Part shown: positions 1 to 8,305 of the stretch, piece after piece
Numbering within the stretch: the stretch's first letter is position 1
Layout: each line of letters starts with the position of its first letter
NCBI GenBank assembly: GCA_017460325.1
Contig: JAFUBF010000482.1
Span: forward strand, 1 to 44,436
From: Clostridia bacterium
GTDB taxonomy: Bacteria > Bacillota > Clostridia > Christensenellales > Aristaeellaceae
Direction of reading: 5' to 3'
Length of the DNA: 44,436 nt
Program-made: the position numbers and the translations under genes
Notes under the pieces: model-generated
The model's database searches: none
What the model was told of the DNA's origin: nothing
Seen by the model: only the letters and a program-made list of their open reading frames with translations

Positions 1-561
1 CGTCAGATCTGCTGCGATCCGTCGCTTCTCTTTGAAAACTACAGCGGGGAGAGCGCCAAGCGGGAGGCCTGTATGGAGCTGGTGAAGAGCGCGATCGAGG
101 GCGGACACCGGATGCTGATCTTCTCCCAGTTCGTCACCATGCTGAATCTGCTGGAGGAGGACTTTGCCAGAGAAGGCATTGAAACCTATAAGATCATCGG
201 CTCAACGCCGAAGGAGAAGCGGATTTCCCTGGTCCGGCAGTTTAATGAAAATGAGGTGCCGGTGTTCCTGATCTCCCTCAAGGCGGGCGGCACCGGTCTC
301 AACCTGACCGGCGCGGATGTGGTCATTCACTACGATCCCTGGTGGAATCTGGCTGCGCAGAATCAGGCCACGGACCGCGCCCACCGGATCGGCCAGACAC
401 GCCAGGTGACGGTGTTCAAGCTGATTCTCAAGAACACCATTGAGGAGCGGATCATGGCGCTGCAGGACGCGAAAAAAGATCTGGCAGAGGCCATTCTCGA
501 AGGAAAGAGAGAGTCCCTCATGAGCATGTCGGCGGAGGAACTCATGGCGCTCCTCGGATAA
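1..561 (+). CDS. SNF2/Swi2-family helicase, C-terminal part (5' end lies upstream of the window)
   Basis: Frame 1 is open from base 1 (RQICCDPSLLFENYSGESAKREAC...). Helicase C-terminal motifs are readable: MLIFSQF (IV), LISLKAGGTGLNLTGADVVIHYDPWWN (V), QATDRAHRIGQTRQV (VI). Stop TAA at 559-561. Confidence 0.9.
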   Translation, partial: RQICCDPSLLFENYSGESAKREACMELVKSAIEGGHRMLIFSQFVTMLNLLEEDFAREGIETYKIIGSTPKEKRISLVRQFNENEVPVFLISLKAGGTGLNLTGADVVIHYDPWWNLAAQNQATDRAHRIGQTRQVTVFKLILKNTIEERIMALQDAKKDLAEAILEGKRESLMSMSAEELMALLG

Positions 562-571
562 GTGGCAGGCG

Positions 572-1546
572 GTGCGTATGAAAAAACAGAGTCTTGAATC
601 GCTGCTGGGAAAACGGCTGGCGGAACCGTACGAGAGTCAGTACCGGTATGTGATGGACCTGATTGAATCCGGGCGGATCCGGCCGGTACGGACCTCGCCC
701 GGGAACGGAAAGCGGCCGGCCCTGCGCACGCAGTACTGGCTGGTGGAGGAAAAGCCGGATTACTCTGCATACAGGGATGAACTGCTTTACGAGACCAGCC
801 CCCTGATCCATGTGGATTACTATCTGGGACACCCGGAGGCGTATGTGCAGGACCGGCCCTATGTCAGGCGGCTTTCGGCCTATCTGCAGAAACGGACAGA
901 GCCTGTGCCGGTGTCCTGCAATGAGCGGAGCTTTGAAATCTGGGGCGAGGAAAAGTTCCTGTCAGGCCCCGGCCGGCAGATCCTCAGCCGCTGCGGTGTG
1001 AGGGAATCCGATCTCGCGGTATACTTTACCGCCGAGCCGTTTGCCTGTTTTGCCTTCAGCCGGGAGGTTCCGCAGAAGCTGCTGATTCTTGAAAACAAGG
1101 ATCCGTTTTTCGGTATGCGGCGGTTTCTCCTGGAGGGACATGAGCGGATTCTGGGGGAAACCATCCGTACCCTGATCTACGGGGCGGGCAAGCGTGTGGT
1201 GAGCAGCTTCCGGGAATTTGACCTCAGCGCGGAGCCGTACATGAAAGAGGACGGAAATACCTTTCTCTATTTCGGCGACCTGGATTATGAAGGAATCGGG
1301 ATCTATGAATCGCTGGCGGAGACGTTTCAGGGACGGCAGGTGATCCCGTTTGCCCCGGCGTATCTGGCCATGCTTTCAAAGGGCCGGCAGGCACTGACCC
1401 TTCCTGCCACCCGGGAGGGGCAGAACCGGAACGTGTCCGGTCTGTTTTTTTCCTTCTTTGACGGGTCAGCGGTTCGGCAGATGCAGGCCATTCTGGAGAG
1501 CGGCCGGTACATCCCCCAGGAGATTCTGAACACCGGAGATTATTGA
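572..1546 (+). CDS. Toprim-domain protein resembling the Wadjet JetD / MksG C-terminal domain (DUF2220-like); putative DNA-cleaving subunit
   Basis: 324-aa ORF starting at GTG 572 or ATG 578, 10-16 nt after the SNF2 stop. It carries Toprim-like acidic motifs: LLILENKD (Glu codon 1091-1093) and LYFGDLDYEGIGIY (Asp codons 1277-1279 and 1283-1285), giving an E...DxD pattern. Assigned from motif memory, not from a search. Confidence 0.65.
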   Translation: MRMKKQSLESLLGKRLAEPYESQYRYVMDLIESGRIRPVRTSPGNGKRPALRTQYWLVEEKPDYSAYRDELLYETSPLIHVDYYLGHPEAYVQDRPYVRRLSAYLQKRTEPVPVSCNERSFEIWGEEKFLSGPGRQILSRCGVRESDLAVYFTAEPFACFAFSREVPQKLLILENKDPFFGMRRFLLEGHERILGETIRTLIYGAGKRVVSSFREFDLSAEPYMKEDGNTFLYFGDLDYEGIGIYESLAETFQGRQVIPFAPAYLAMLSKGRQALTLPATREGQNRNVSGLFFSFFDGSAVRQMQAILESGRYIPQEILNTGDY

Positions 1547-1550
1547 GATA

Positions 1551-3173
1551 ATGCAGTATGATTTTCTGAAGGCGTTTCCCAGGCGGATGAAAAGCGTCGG
1601 GCTCTATGCCCTGCTCCTTTCCGCCAGCGGCCAGAAAAGTATCTGGAAGGGGTATCAGTTCGATACAGAGGCGGAGCAGCTGAACATGGACTTTGCGGTT
1701 CTGCTGTTCATCATGGAACAGTCGCTGCGGGAACTGCCCTGTACGACGGATGACATCGGCGCGTTTATCGATGGCATCAATGCCCGCTATTTCCACAAGC
1801 CCATGACCTATGAGGACTGCCGCACTCTGGGGGATTACATCATCAATAATATCCTCTCCAATGAAGGGGCGCCCATGTACTTTGACGGGTTCGACTTTGA
1901 GGAATCGGCGTGGCAGAAGATCCACGTCAGCTATGTGGCGAACCGGATCATCTACCTGGACCAGGAGGTCCGCCGGACTTCGTATTACCTGACGGATGAC
2001 GGGTATAATCTGCTTCTGGGGACACTGGAAGTGGAAAACAACATGAAACTGACCATTCAGGAAATGATCTTCCGGATGCATCTGGAGAAGCAGAGCTATG
2101 ATCAGGCGCTGGAGGACATCAAGGGGGTATTCAATCTTCTCCGGATTCAGATTCAGCGGATTCAGGAGGCCATGAACCGGATCCGGCGGAATGTGCTTGA
2201 TTACAGCGTGTCGGACTATGAGAAAATTCAGGAGGAAGACCTGGATACCATTACGCAGACCCGGGACAAGTTCAGAGGGTACCGGGAGACGGTACAGAAC
2301 CGTGTCCGGGAACTGGAGGAGCGGCGGATCAATGTCCACCTGCTTGAGGCCGGAGAGGAGGACAAGCTGCGGAATCTCCGGGAAATTGAAACCTATCTGA
2401 ACCGGGCCATTGATGAACACCAGCGAATCCTGAACGGACATTTTGACCTCAAATCGCTGTATACAAATGAACTGGAAAAGGTGGCCGAAATGTCCCTGGT
2501 CCGGCGTTTCAGTCTCCGGACGGAGCTGTTTGGCCGGATTGTGGAACAGCCGGAATGTCTTGACCGGATGGATCTGTTTCTGCATCCGCTCTTCAACCGG
2601 AATCCCGGACGGATTCTGAATCTGAGCCGGATCTTTGAGCCCCGGCGGGCAATAGAGACGGAGGAAGAGGAAACCGGAACGGTGGAACTGGATTTTGACG
2701 AGGAGGCGTGGCTGGCCGAACAGGAAGAGAGGCGCAGGCTGAAACAGAAACGGATGGACGAAAGCCTCACCGTTCTCCTGAGGGCGGCAAGGGCCGGCGG
2801 GGTCCATCTCTCGGAAATCCGGGCAGGGCTTGATGAGGCGGAGTACCGGCAGCTGGTCCCGGACGTGGATCTCTTCCGGGAAATCATGGTGGAACTGCTT
2901 CAGGCCCGGGACATTGATATCCGGCGGCTGAGACAGGAACGGGCGGACTATATCCGGGAGGACAGGGAGGAATTCAGCCTGAAGGAGCGGATTCTGAAAA
3001 TCCTTCAGGACCGCCCGGAGTGGAAACGGATTGCCTGGCTGCGGATTGAAAAGGACGAGGGCGCCGAACCGGTCATTTTTGAACGTGTTCCGGATGAATC
3101 CGGTAATCTCCTTTCCGTACGCTGCACGGATGTGGTGATTTCCGTGGATGAGGGTGACACAGATGGCATATGA
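1551..3173 (+). CDS. Kleisin-like subunit candidate (JetA/MksF-like), 540 aa
   Basis: ATG 1551 lies 4 nt after the upstream stop. Architecture is an N-terminal globular region, a coiled-coil segment (QEMIFRMHLEKQSYDQALEDIKGVFNLLRIQIQRIQEAMNRIRRN), an acidic linker (ETEEEETGTVELDFDEEAWLAEQEERRR, about 2655-2745) and a C-terminal globular domain. Size and position immediately upstream of a ~240-aa protein and an SMC-like ATPase fit a kleisin. I recognise no sequence motif; the functional call is inference. The ORF itself is very likely real. Confidence 0.5.
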   Translation: MQYDFLKAFPRRMKSVGLYALLLSASGQKSIWKGYQFDTEAEQLNMDFAVLLFIMEQSLRELPCTTDDIGAFIDGINARYFHKPMTYEDCRTLGDYIINNILSNEGAPMYFDGFDFEESAWQKIHVSYVANRIIYLDQEVRRTSYYLTDDGYNLLLGTLEVENNMKLTIQEMIFRMHLEKQSYDQALEDIKGVFNLLRIQIQRIQEAMNRIRRNVLDYSVSDYEKIQEEDLDTITQTRDKFRGYRETVQNRVRELEERRINVHLLEAGEEDKLRNLREIETYLNRAIDEHQRILNGHFDLKSLYTNELEKVAEMSLVRRFSLRTELFGRIVEQPECLDRMDLFLHPLFNRNPGRILNLSRIFEPRRAIETEEEETGTVELDFDEEAWLAEQEERRRLKQKRMDESLTVLLRAARAGGVHLSEIRAGLDEAEYRQLVPDVDLFREIMVELLQARDIDIRRLRQERADYIREDREEFSLKERILKILQDRPEWKRIAWLRIEKDEGAEPVIFERVPDESGNLLSVRCTDVVISVDEGDTDGI

Positions 3174-3867
3174 ATTTGAGCAGGTCAGGACCAGTCAGGA
3201 GATTTTCATCTATCTCCTTGAACATCATGAGCTGAGAGAAACGGATCAGCCGCAGCTGTACCGGGCGTTTGCGGAGGATGAGGCGGTACAGAACCTGGTC
3301 CGGTCGCAGGGCAGTACGGCCGAATGCGATGTGGAGCGGTACGGGGATGTGATCTATCTCATTCCCGGCCTGCAGAACCGTTTTCTGGGGTATTCCCGGG
3401 CACAGCTGAAAAAGGAACTCTGCCGGTCCAACGCAACGGACCGGGACTATTATCTGGTGCAGTTCTCAATGCTTGTCCTCCTCCTCGAGTTCTATGACGG
3501 GCAGGGAAGCAGCAGTAAAACCCGGGACTATATCCGGGTGGGCGAACTGCAGAACAGCATTACCGCGCACCTGCAGGAAGGCCGGGCAAGGGAAAGTGAG
3601 GAAGGCGCAGGCGGCACCTTTACCCAGATGACGGAGGCGTACGAGGCCCTCCGCTCGGATGATAAGGGCACCCGGCAGAAGACAACCAAGGAAGGGTTTA
3701 TTCACCATATCCTCCGGTTCCTCCAGGCCCAGGGCCTGATTGAATACATTGAGCAGGATGAGATGATCAAGACCACCCGGAAACTGGATCGTTTCATGGA
3801 CTGGAATCTTCTGAACAAGGCCAATTACCAGCGCGTTCTGGATGTACTGGGAGTGCAGAATGAGTAA
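3148..3867 (+). CDS. KITE-like subunit candidate (JetB/MksE-like, DUF4194-like), ~235 aa
   Basis: The ORF overlaps the upstream gene. ATG 3163 is the alternative start and has GAGGGTG upstream. Size and position between the kleisin-like and SMC-like genes match JetB/MukE-class proteins. The stop TAA 3865-3867 overlaps the next start (ATGAGTAA). The functional call is inference. Confidence 0.45.
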   Translation: MRVTQMAYEFEQVRTSQEIFIYLLEHHELRETDQPQLYRAFAEDEAVQNLVRSQGSTAECDVERYGDVIYLIPGLQNRFLGYSRAQLKKELCRSNATDRDYYLVQFSMLVLLLEFYDGQGSSSKTRDYIRVGELQNSITAHLQEGRARESEEGAGGTFTQMTEAYEALRSDDKGTRQKTTKEGFIHHILRFLQAQGLIEYIEQDEMIKTTRKLDRFMDWNLLNKANYQRVLDVLGVQNE

Positions 3868-6800
3868 AATCAACGCAGTCAGGTTCATCAATCTGAACTA
3901 CAACTACAACATGTTCCGCATCAGTGATGAAACGCTGTATTTCAACGGGGAAAGCACACTGGTGAAGATGGACAACGGGGGTGGCAAGTCGGTTCTGATT
4001 CAGATGCTGACGGCGCCTTTTGTTCAGAAGCGATACCGTAACGTCAAGGACCGCCCCTTTGCCAGTTATTTCACCTCCGCCAAACCGACGTTTATCCTGG
4101 TGGAGTGGGAACTGGAACAGGGGGCCGGGTATGTTCTGACCGGCATGATGGTGCGGCAGAATCAGAAGATGGAGGAGGACAGCGACGAGGAGCTGGAGAT
4201 TGTCAATTTCATCAGCGAGTACCGGGAACCCTGCGTGCAGGACCTGAACCATCTGCCGGTGGTGGAGAAGACGAAAGAGGAAATCCGGCTGAAGAGCTTT
4301 GCGGAGTGCCGGGCGCTGTTTGACGGGTACAGGCGGGAGAAGGGGGTACGCTTTCAGAGCTATGACATGGGCAATTCAGCCCAGTCCAAACAGTACTTTG
4401 ACCGGCTGCTGGAGTACGGAATCAACTACCGGGAATGGCAGAACATCATAAGGAAGATCAACGAACAGGAATCGGGCCTGTCGCGGCTCTTTGATGACAG
4501 CCGGGATGAGCGGGGACTGGTGGAAAAGTGGTTTCTCGAAACCATTGAAAACAAGCTGAACCGTGGGCAGAACCGGATGCAGGAATTCCGGAACATCCTG
4601 GAAAAGTACATTGGCAGTTACCGCAACACACAGGACAAGATCCGGCGCCGGGACAACATCCTGCGCTTTGAGGAGGAGGCGGAGAAGATCCGCGGCAGCG
4701 CGGGGGAATACCTTTCTGCCACCCGGGAGTGCCAGGACAGACGGAACGGAATTGTCGCCTATCTCGGTGAACTGCGGCGCCTCGGGGAGGAGGCCAATTC
4801 GGGCCTGAAGGCCGAGCAGGAATGTCTGGTGGAGCTGCGGCAGGAACTGCGGCGAACGGATCATCAGATGCACTCAGCCGACTACTACGCCGGCAGGGAA
4901 CAGATGGAAGCGCTGCAGGGGCAGATCCGTGAACTGCAGCAGGCCCTTGCGGATGCCGAGGCAGAGCGGGCCGGGCGGGAGCGGACGGTGCACCTGCATG
5001 AAATGGCGGACCGCCAGGAACAGACGGATCTGGTGCGGGCGGATCTCCTGGAAGCGGCACAGGCCCTTGAAATCTGCCGGCGAAAAGGGGAGGACCTCAA
5101 GCCGGAGAGAGATTACATCGGGTATCTGCTGCGGTCCGGGTACGAACAGGAAAGGGAAAAGATCCGGCAGCAGCTGGAGGAGACGGAACGGGAGCGGCAG
5201 GGGCGGATTTCCCGGAGAAAGGAACTTGGGGGAGAACTGACCGGCATTGAGCGGGAGACCCGCAGCGCCGAGCAGGAAAAAGGCCGGCTGACCGCCTCCG
5301 TACAGGCCTATGATGAGACAGAAGAGCGGTACATAAGAAACTGGAACGTGGACCTGAACCGGAACCTGATGGGCGAGTATGAGCCAGGGCTGCTGGCAGT
5401 CCTGGGGGAAAAACTGAACAGGGAACGGGAAGAGATCCTCGGGGCGCGTCAGGCCGGACGGAACCGACAGGTGAGTCTGGAGGGCAGTGTCCGCCGTCTG
5501 GAGGACGGGATTGCCGGGCTGGAGCGACTGATCCAGGCGGAAACGGACCGGCTTCGGGTGGCCCGGGAGGAGCGGGAGGCGTTTGAGGCGGAACTGAGGG
5601 TCCGCCGGAGTATCCTGCAGTACCTGGAGCTGAAAGAGGATGCCCTCTTTGATACAGAGCGCATCCTGAGTGAACTGAACAGCCGGATTGCCGAACTGGA
5701 GAGCGGAATTGACCGAGCGGTCATTGAAAGCCGGGCGCTGGAGGGGGAGATCCTCCGGCTGTCCACCGGGCGGACCGTGGAACTGCCGCCGGAGCTGAAA
5801 GAGGCCATGGAAGGCCTTGGAATCCATGTGGTATACGGCATGGAATGGCTGAAGCGGAACGGGAACACGGAAGAGGAGAATCTGCGCCTGGTGGAACGGA
5901 ATCCCTTCCTTCCCTATGCCCTCCTGATGACCGGACGGGAACTGGAAAAACTGAAAGCGGCAGATTTGCCGGTTTATACCTCCGCGCCGGTCCCGGTGGT
6001 CATCCGGGAAAGCCTGGCTGATCTGCAGACGGCCCTGCCGGAGGACATCCCCGGCGTTCACTTTTACATGCTGTTCAACCGGAACCTGCTCAATGAGGAA
6101 CGGCTTCTGGCCATGCTGGAGGAGAAACAGCGTGAGCTTGAGCGGAAAAATGAGGAAATCGAACGGAGGCGTACGGGACACCGGGACTACCTGGAGCGCC
6201 GGACGCGGATAGATGAACAGAAGGTCACAAAGCGGGCGTATGAGGAAACGCAGGAACGGATCACCGAACGGGAGAAACGGATTGAGGCGATCCGGGCGGA
6301 AATCGGCCGGAACATGGACGAGCTTGCCGCTCTGCGGGAAGGACTGAAACAGCTGGCCGAAGAGCTGACCACGCTGGAGCGCCAGCTGGATGCGCGGGAG
6401 CGGCAGGGCCGGGAACTGGATGAACTGACCCAGGCCTATAACCGCTATCTCCTTGCCATGCAGGCATTGCGTGAATGTGAGGCAGGTCTTGTGGACCTGG
6501 ACAGGAAAAAGAAAAAGCTGCAGGTGGAACTGCAGAAAAACGAGGAAGAGAGCCGTCTTCTTGAGGCGCAGCAGAGCGAACTCCGGTTTCGGGACGGGGA
6601 GGTCCGAAGGGAGCTCTCGGCCTATGAGTGGTACGAAAAGACGGATGCACCGGCGCAGTTTGATACTGCCCTCCGGGAGGATGTCCAGGCCCTGATCGCC
6701 CGGTACAAAGCGATTACGGAGAATGTGTCACGGGAGGAAAAGGAGCTGGAGGAGGCCCGAAAGAAGGCGGCGGACCGACTGGACAAGGCGGAAAAGGAAC

Positions 6801-8272
6801 TGGACCGTCGGGCCCGGAAGTACGGGCTTCAGCCCAGTGACTGGCAGGAAATCCGGTACAGTCCGGCAGAACAGGACCGGGCAGAGGCGGAGATGAACGC
6901 TTTTGCCGGGCAGATCCGGGAGCTTTCATCCGATGTGCATGCTCTTGAAATTGAGCACGGGAAAAAGGAAGAGGCCCTGCGCCAGATCCTTGAGTGGATG
7001 CAGCGGGACTGCGGAACGCGGGAACCGCTCTCAAGGGACGAGGTGCCGGTCATGGACTATTCGGAGCGGAAAAGCCTGCTTGTTCACGAAAAGGAGGAGC
7101 ATGGGGCAGCGGCAGATCGTCTGGCGGACCGGATCCGGATTTACAGCGCCAACCTGACCTCCCTCTCCGAGTTTCAGGATACGCCCGCAGGCGAGCCGGT
7201 CCGGTTCGAGGAGGATTTTTCTGCGTTTACGGAGGAGGCGCTGCGCAGCTTTACCGGAAACGCGCTGCGAAACTACCGCAGTGCCGCCGAGGTTGTACGC
7301 GAGCGGAAGGACCGGACGGAAAAAGTCCTGCGGCAGACCGCCCGGATGGAGGAGTTTCAGGATGATTATTACCAGAAACCCCTTGAGACCATTCTGGCAC
7401 TGACGGAGGATGCCGGGCAGGTGCTGCGTCAGCTGGACATGGTCCTGCAGTCGTACCGGGACCTGGTGGCCAAGCTGATGGTGGATATTGCCGTGGTGGA
7501 AAAGGAACGGGCCCATGTCATAGGGGTTTTGAGGGAATACACCCACGAACTTCACCTGCAGATGGGCAGAATCGACCGCAATTCCACGGTAAACGTGCGC
7601 GGAAAGCCGCTGAAAATGCTCAAAATCACGCTGCCGGACTGGGAGGACAATGCCAGGGTATTTGAACCCAGAATCGCGGATCTGGTGGATGAGCTGACCA
7701 AAAACGGGATTGCCCTGCTGGACAAGGGAGAGGCCATCCATGACTTCATCGGGAAACGGATGACCACAAAGGAACTGTATGACACGGTGGTGGGCATCGG
7801 GAATGTGCGGATTCAGCTGTACAAAATTGAGGCCCAGCGGGAACTGCAGATTACCTGGAGTGAGGTGGCCAGGAACTCCGGCGGCGAGGGATTCCTCTCG
7901 GCATTTGTCATTCTCTCCAGCCTCCTGTACTACATGCGGTGGGAGGAAACGGATGTCTTTGCCGACCGGAATGAGGGCAAGGTGCTGCTGATGGACAATC
8001 CCTTTGCCCAGACCAATGCCGCCCACCTGCTGATTCCGCTGATGGAGATGGCGAAGAAGAACAATACACAGCTGATCTGTTTCACCGGCCTGAGCGGCGA
8101 GTCCATCTACAGCCGCTTTGACAACATCTATGTGCTGAACCTGGTCAGGTCTGCTCTGACCAATACGCAGTACCTGCGGGGCAAGCATATTGCCGGCAGT
8201 GACCCCGAGGTGGTGAGTACGGCACGAATTGAGGTCAGCCGCGATTCCGGACAGATGCGGATGCTGTTCTGA
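3860..8272 (+). CDS. SMC-like ABC ATPase with long coiled coil and central hinge (JetC/MksB/MukB-like), 1470 aa
   Basis: Walker A is MDNGGGKS (3968-3991). About 1000 aa of E/R/L/Q-rich heptad-like sequence is interrupted by a non-coiled segment at roughly 5768-6120 (GRTVELPPELKEAMEGLGIHVVYGMEWLKRNG...NPFLPYALLMTG...). A signature-like NSGGEGF is present (SGGE at 7877-7888), followed by Walker B KVLLMDNPF (7982-8005). ATG 3860 is preferred over 3842 because GGGAG lies 8 nt upstream. Confidence 0.8.
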   Translation: MSKINAVRFINLNYNYNMFRISDETLYFNGESTLVKMDNGGGKSVLIQMLTAPFVQKRYRNVKDRPFASYFTSAKPTFILVEWELEQGAGYVLTGMMVRQNQKMEEDSDEELEIVNFISEYREPCVQDLNHLPVVEKTKEEIRLKSFAECRALFDGYRREKGVRFQSYDMGNSAQSKQYFDRLLEYGINYREWQNIIRKINEQESGLSRLFDDSRDERGLVEKWFLETIENKLNRGQNRMQEFRNILEKYIGSYRNTQDKIRRRDNILRFEEEAEKIRGSAGEYLSATRECQDRRNGIVAYLGELRRLGEEANSGLKAEQECLVELRQELRRTDHQMHSADYYAGREQMEALQGQIRELQQALADAEAERAGRERTVHLHEMADRQEQTDLVRADLLEAAQALEICRRKGEDLKPERDYIGYLLRSGYEQEREKIRQQLEETERERQGRISRRKELGGELTGIERETRSAEQEKGRLTASVQAYDETEERYIRNWNVDLNRNLMGEYEPGLLAVLGEKLNREREEILGARQAGRNRQVSLEGSVRRLEDGIAGLERLIQAETDRLRVAREEREAFEAELRVRRSILQYLELKEDALFDTERILSELNSRIAELESGIDRAVIESRALEGEILRLSTGRTVELPPELKEAMEGLGIHVVYGMEWLKRNGNTEEENLRLVERNPFLPYALLMTGRELEKLKAADLPVYTSAPVPVVIRESLADLQTALPEDIPGVHFYMLFNRNLLNEERLLAMLEEKQRELERKNEEIERRRTGHRDYLERRTRIDEQKVTKRAYEETQERITEREKRIEAIRAEIGRNMDELAALREGLKQLAEELTTLERQLDARERQGRELDELTQAYNRYLLAMQALRECEAGLVDLDRKKKKLQVELQKNEEESRLLEAQQSELRFRDGEVRRELSAYEWYEKTDAPAQFDTALREDVQALIARYKAITENVSREEKELEEARKKAADRLDKAEKELDRRARKYGLQPSDWQEIRYSPAEQDRAEAEMNAFAGQIRELSSDVHALEIEHGKKEEALRQILEWMQRDCGTREPLSRDEVPVMDYSERKSLLVHEKEEHGAAADRLADRIRIYSANLTSLSEFQDTPAGEPVRFEEDFSAFTEEALRSFTGNALRNYRSAAEVVRERKDRTEKVLRQTARMEEFQDDYYQKPLETILALTEDAGQVLRQLDMVLQSYRDLVAKLMVDIAVVEKERAHVIGVLREYTHELHLQMGRIDRNSTVNVRGKPLKMLKITLPDWEDNARVFEPRIADLVDELTKNGIALLDKGEAIHDFIGKRMTTKELYDTVVGIGNVRIQLYKIEAQRELQITWSEVARNSGGEGFLSAFVILSSLLYYMRWEETDVFADRNEGKVLLMDNPFAQTNAAHLLIPLMEMAKKNNTQLICFTGLSGESIYSRFDNIYVLNLVRSALTNTQYLRGKHIAGSDPEVVSTARIEVSRDSGQMRMLF

Positions 8273-8305
8273 TGGAGATGCAAGACAGAAAGACGGGATG
8301 AGGGT

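Noticed and set aside
1224-2807. 527-aa minus-strand ORF, plus other antisense ORFs within 363-6650
   Set aside because: These are antisense to the tightly coupled plus-strand cassette. Their Pro/Arg-rich composition marks them as shadow ORFs. The plus-strand frames carry the Toprim and ABC ATPase motifs.
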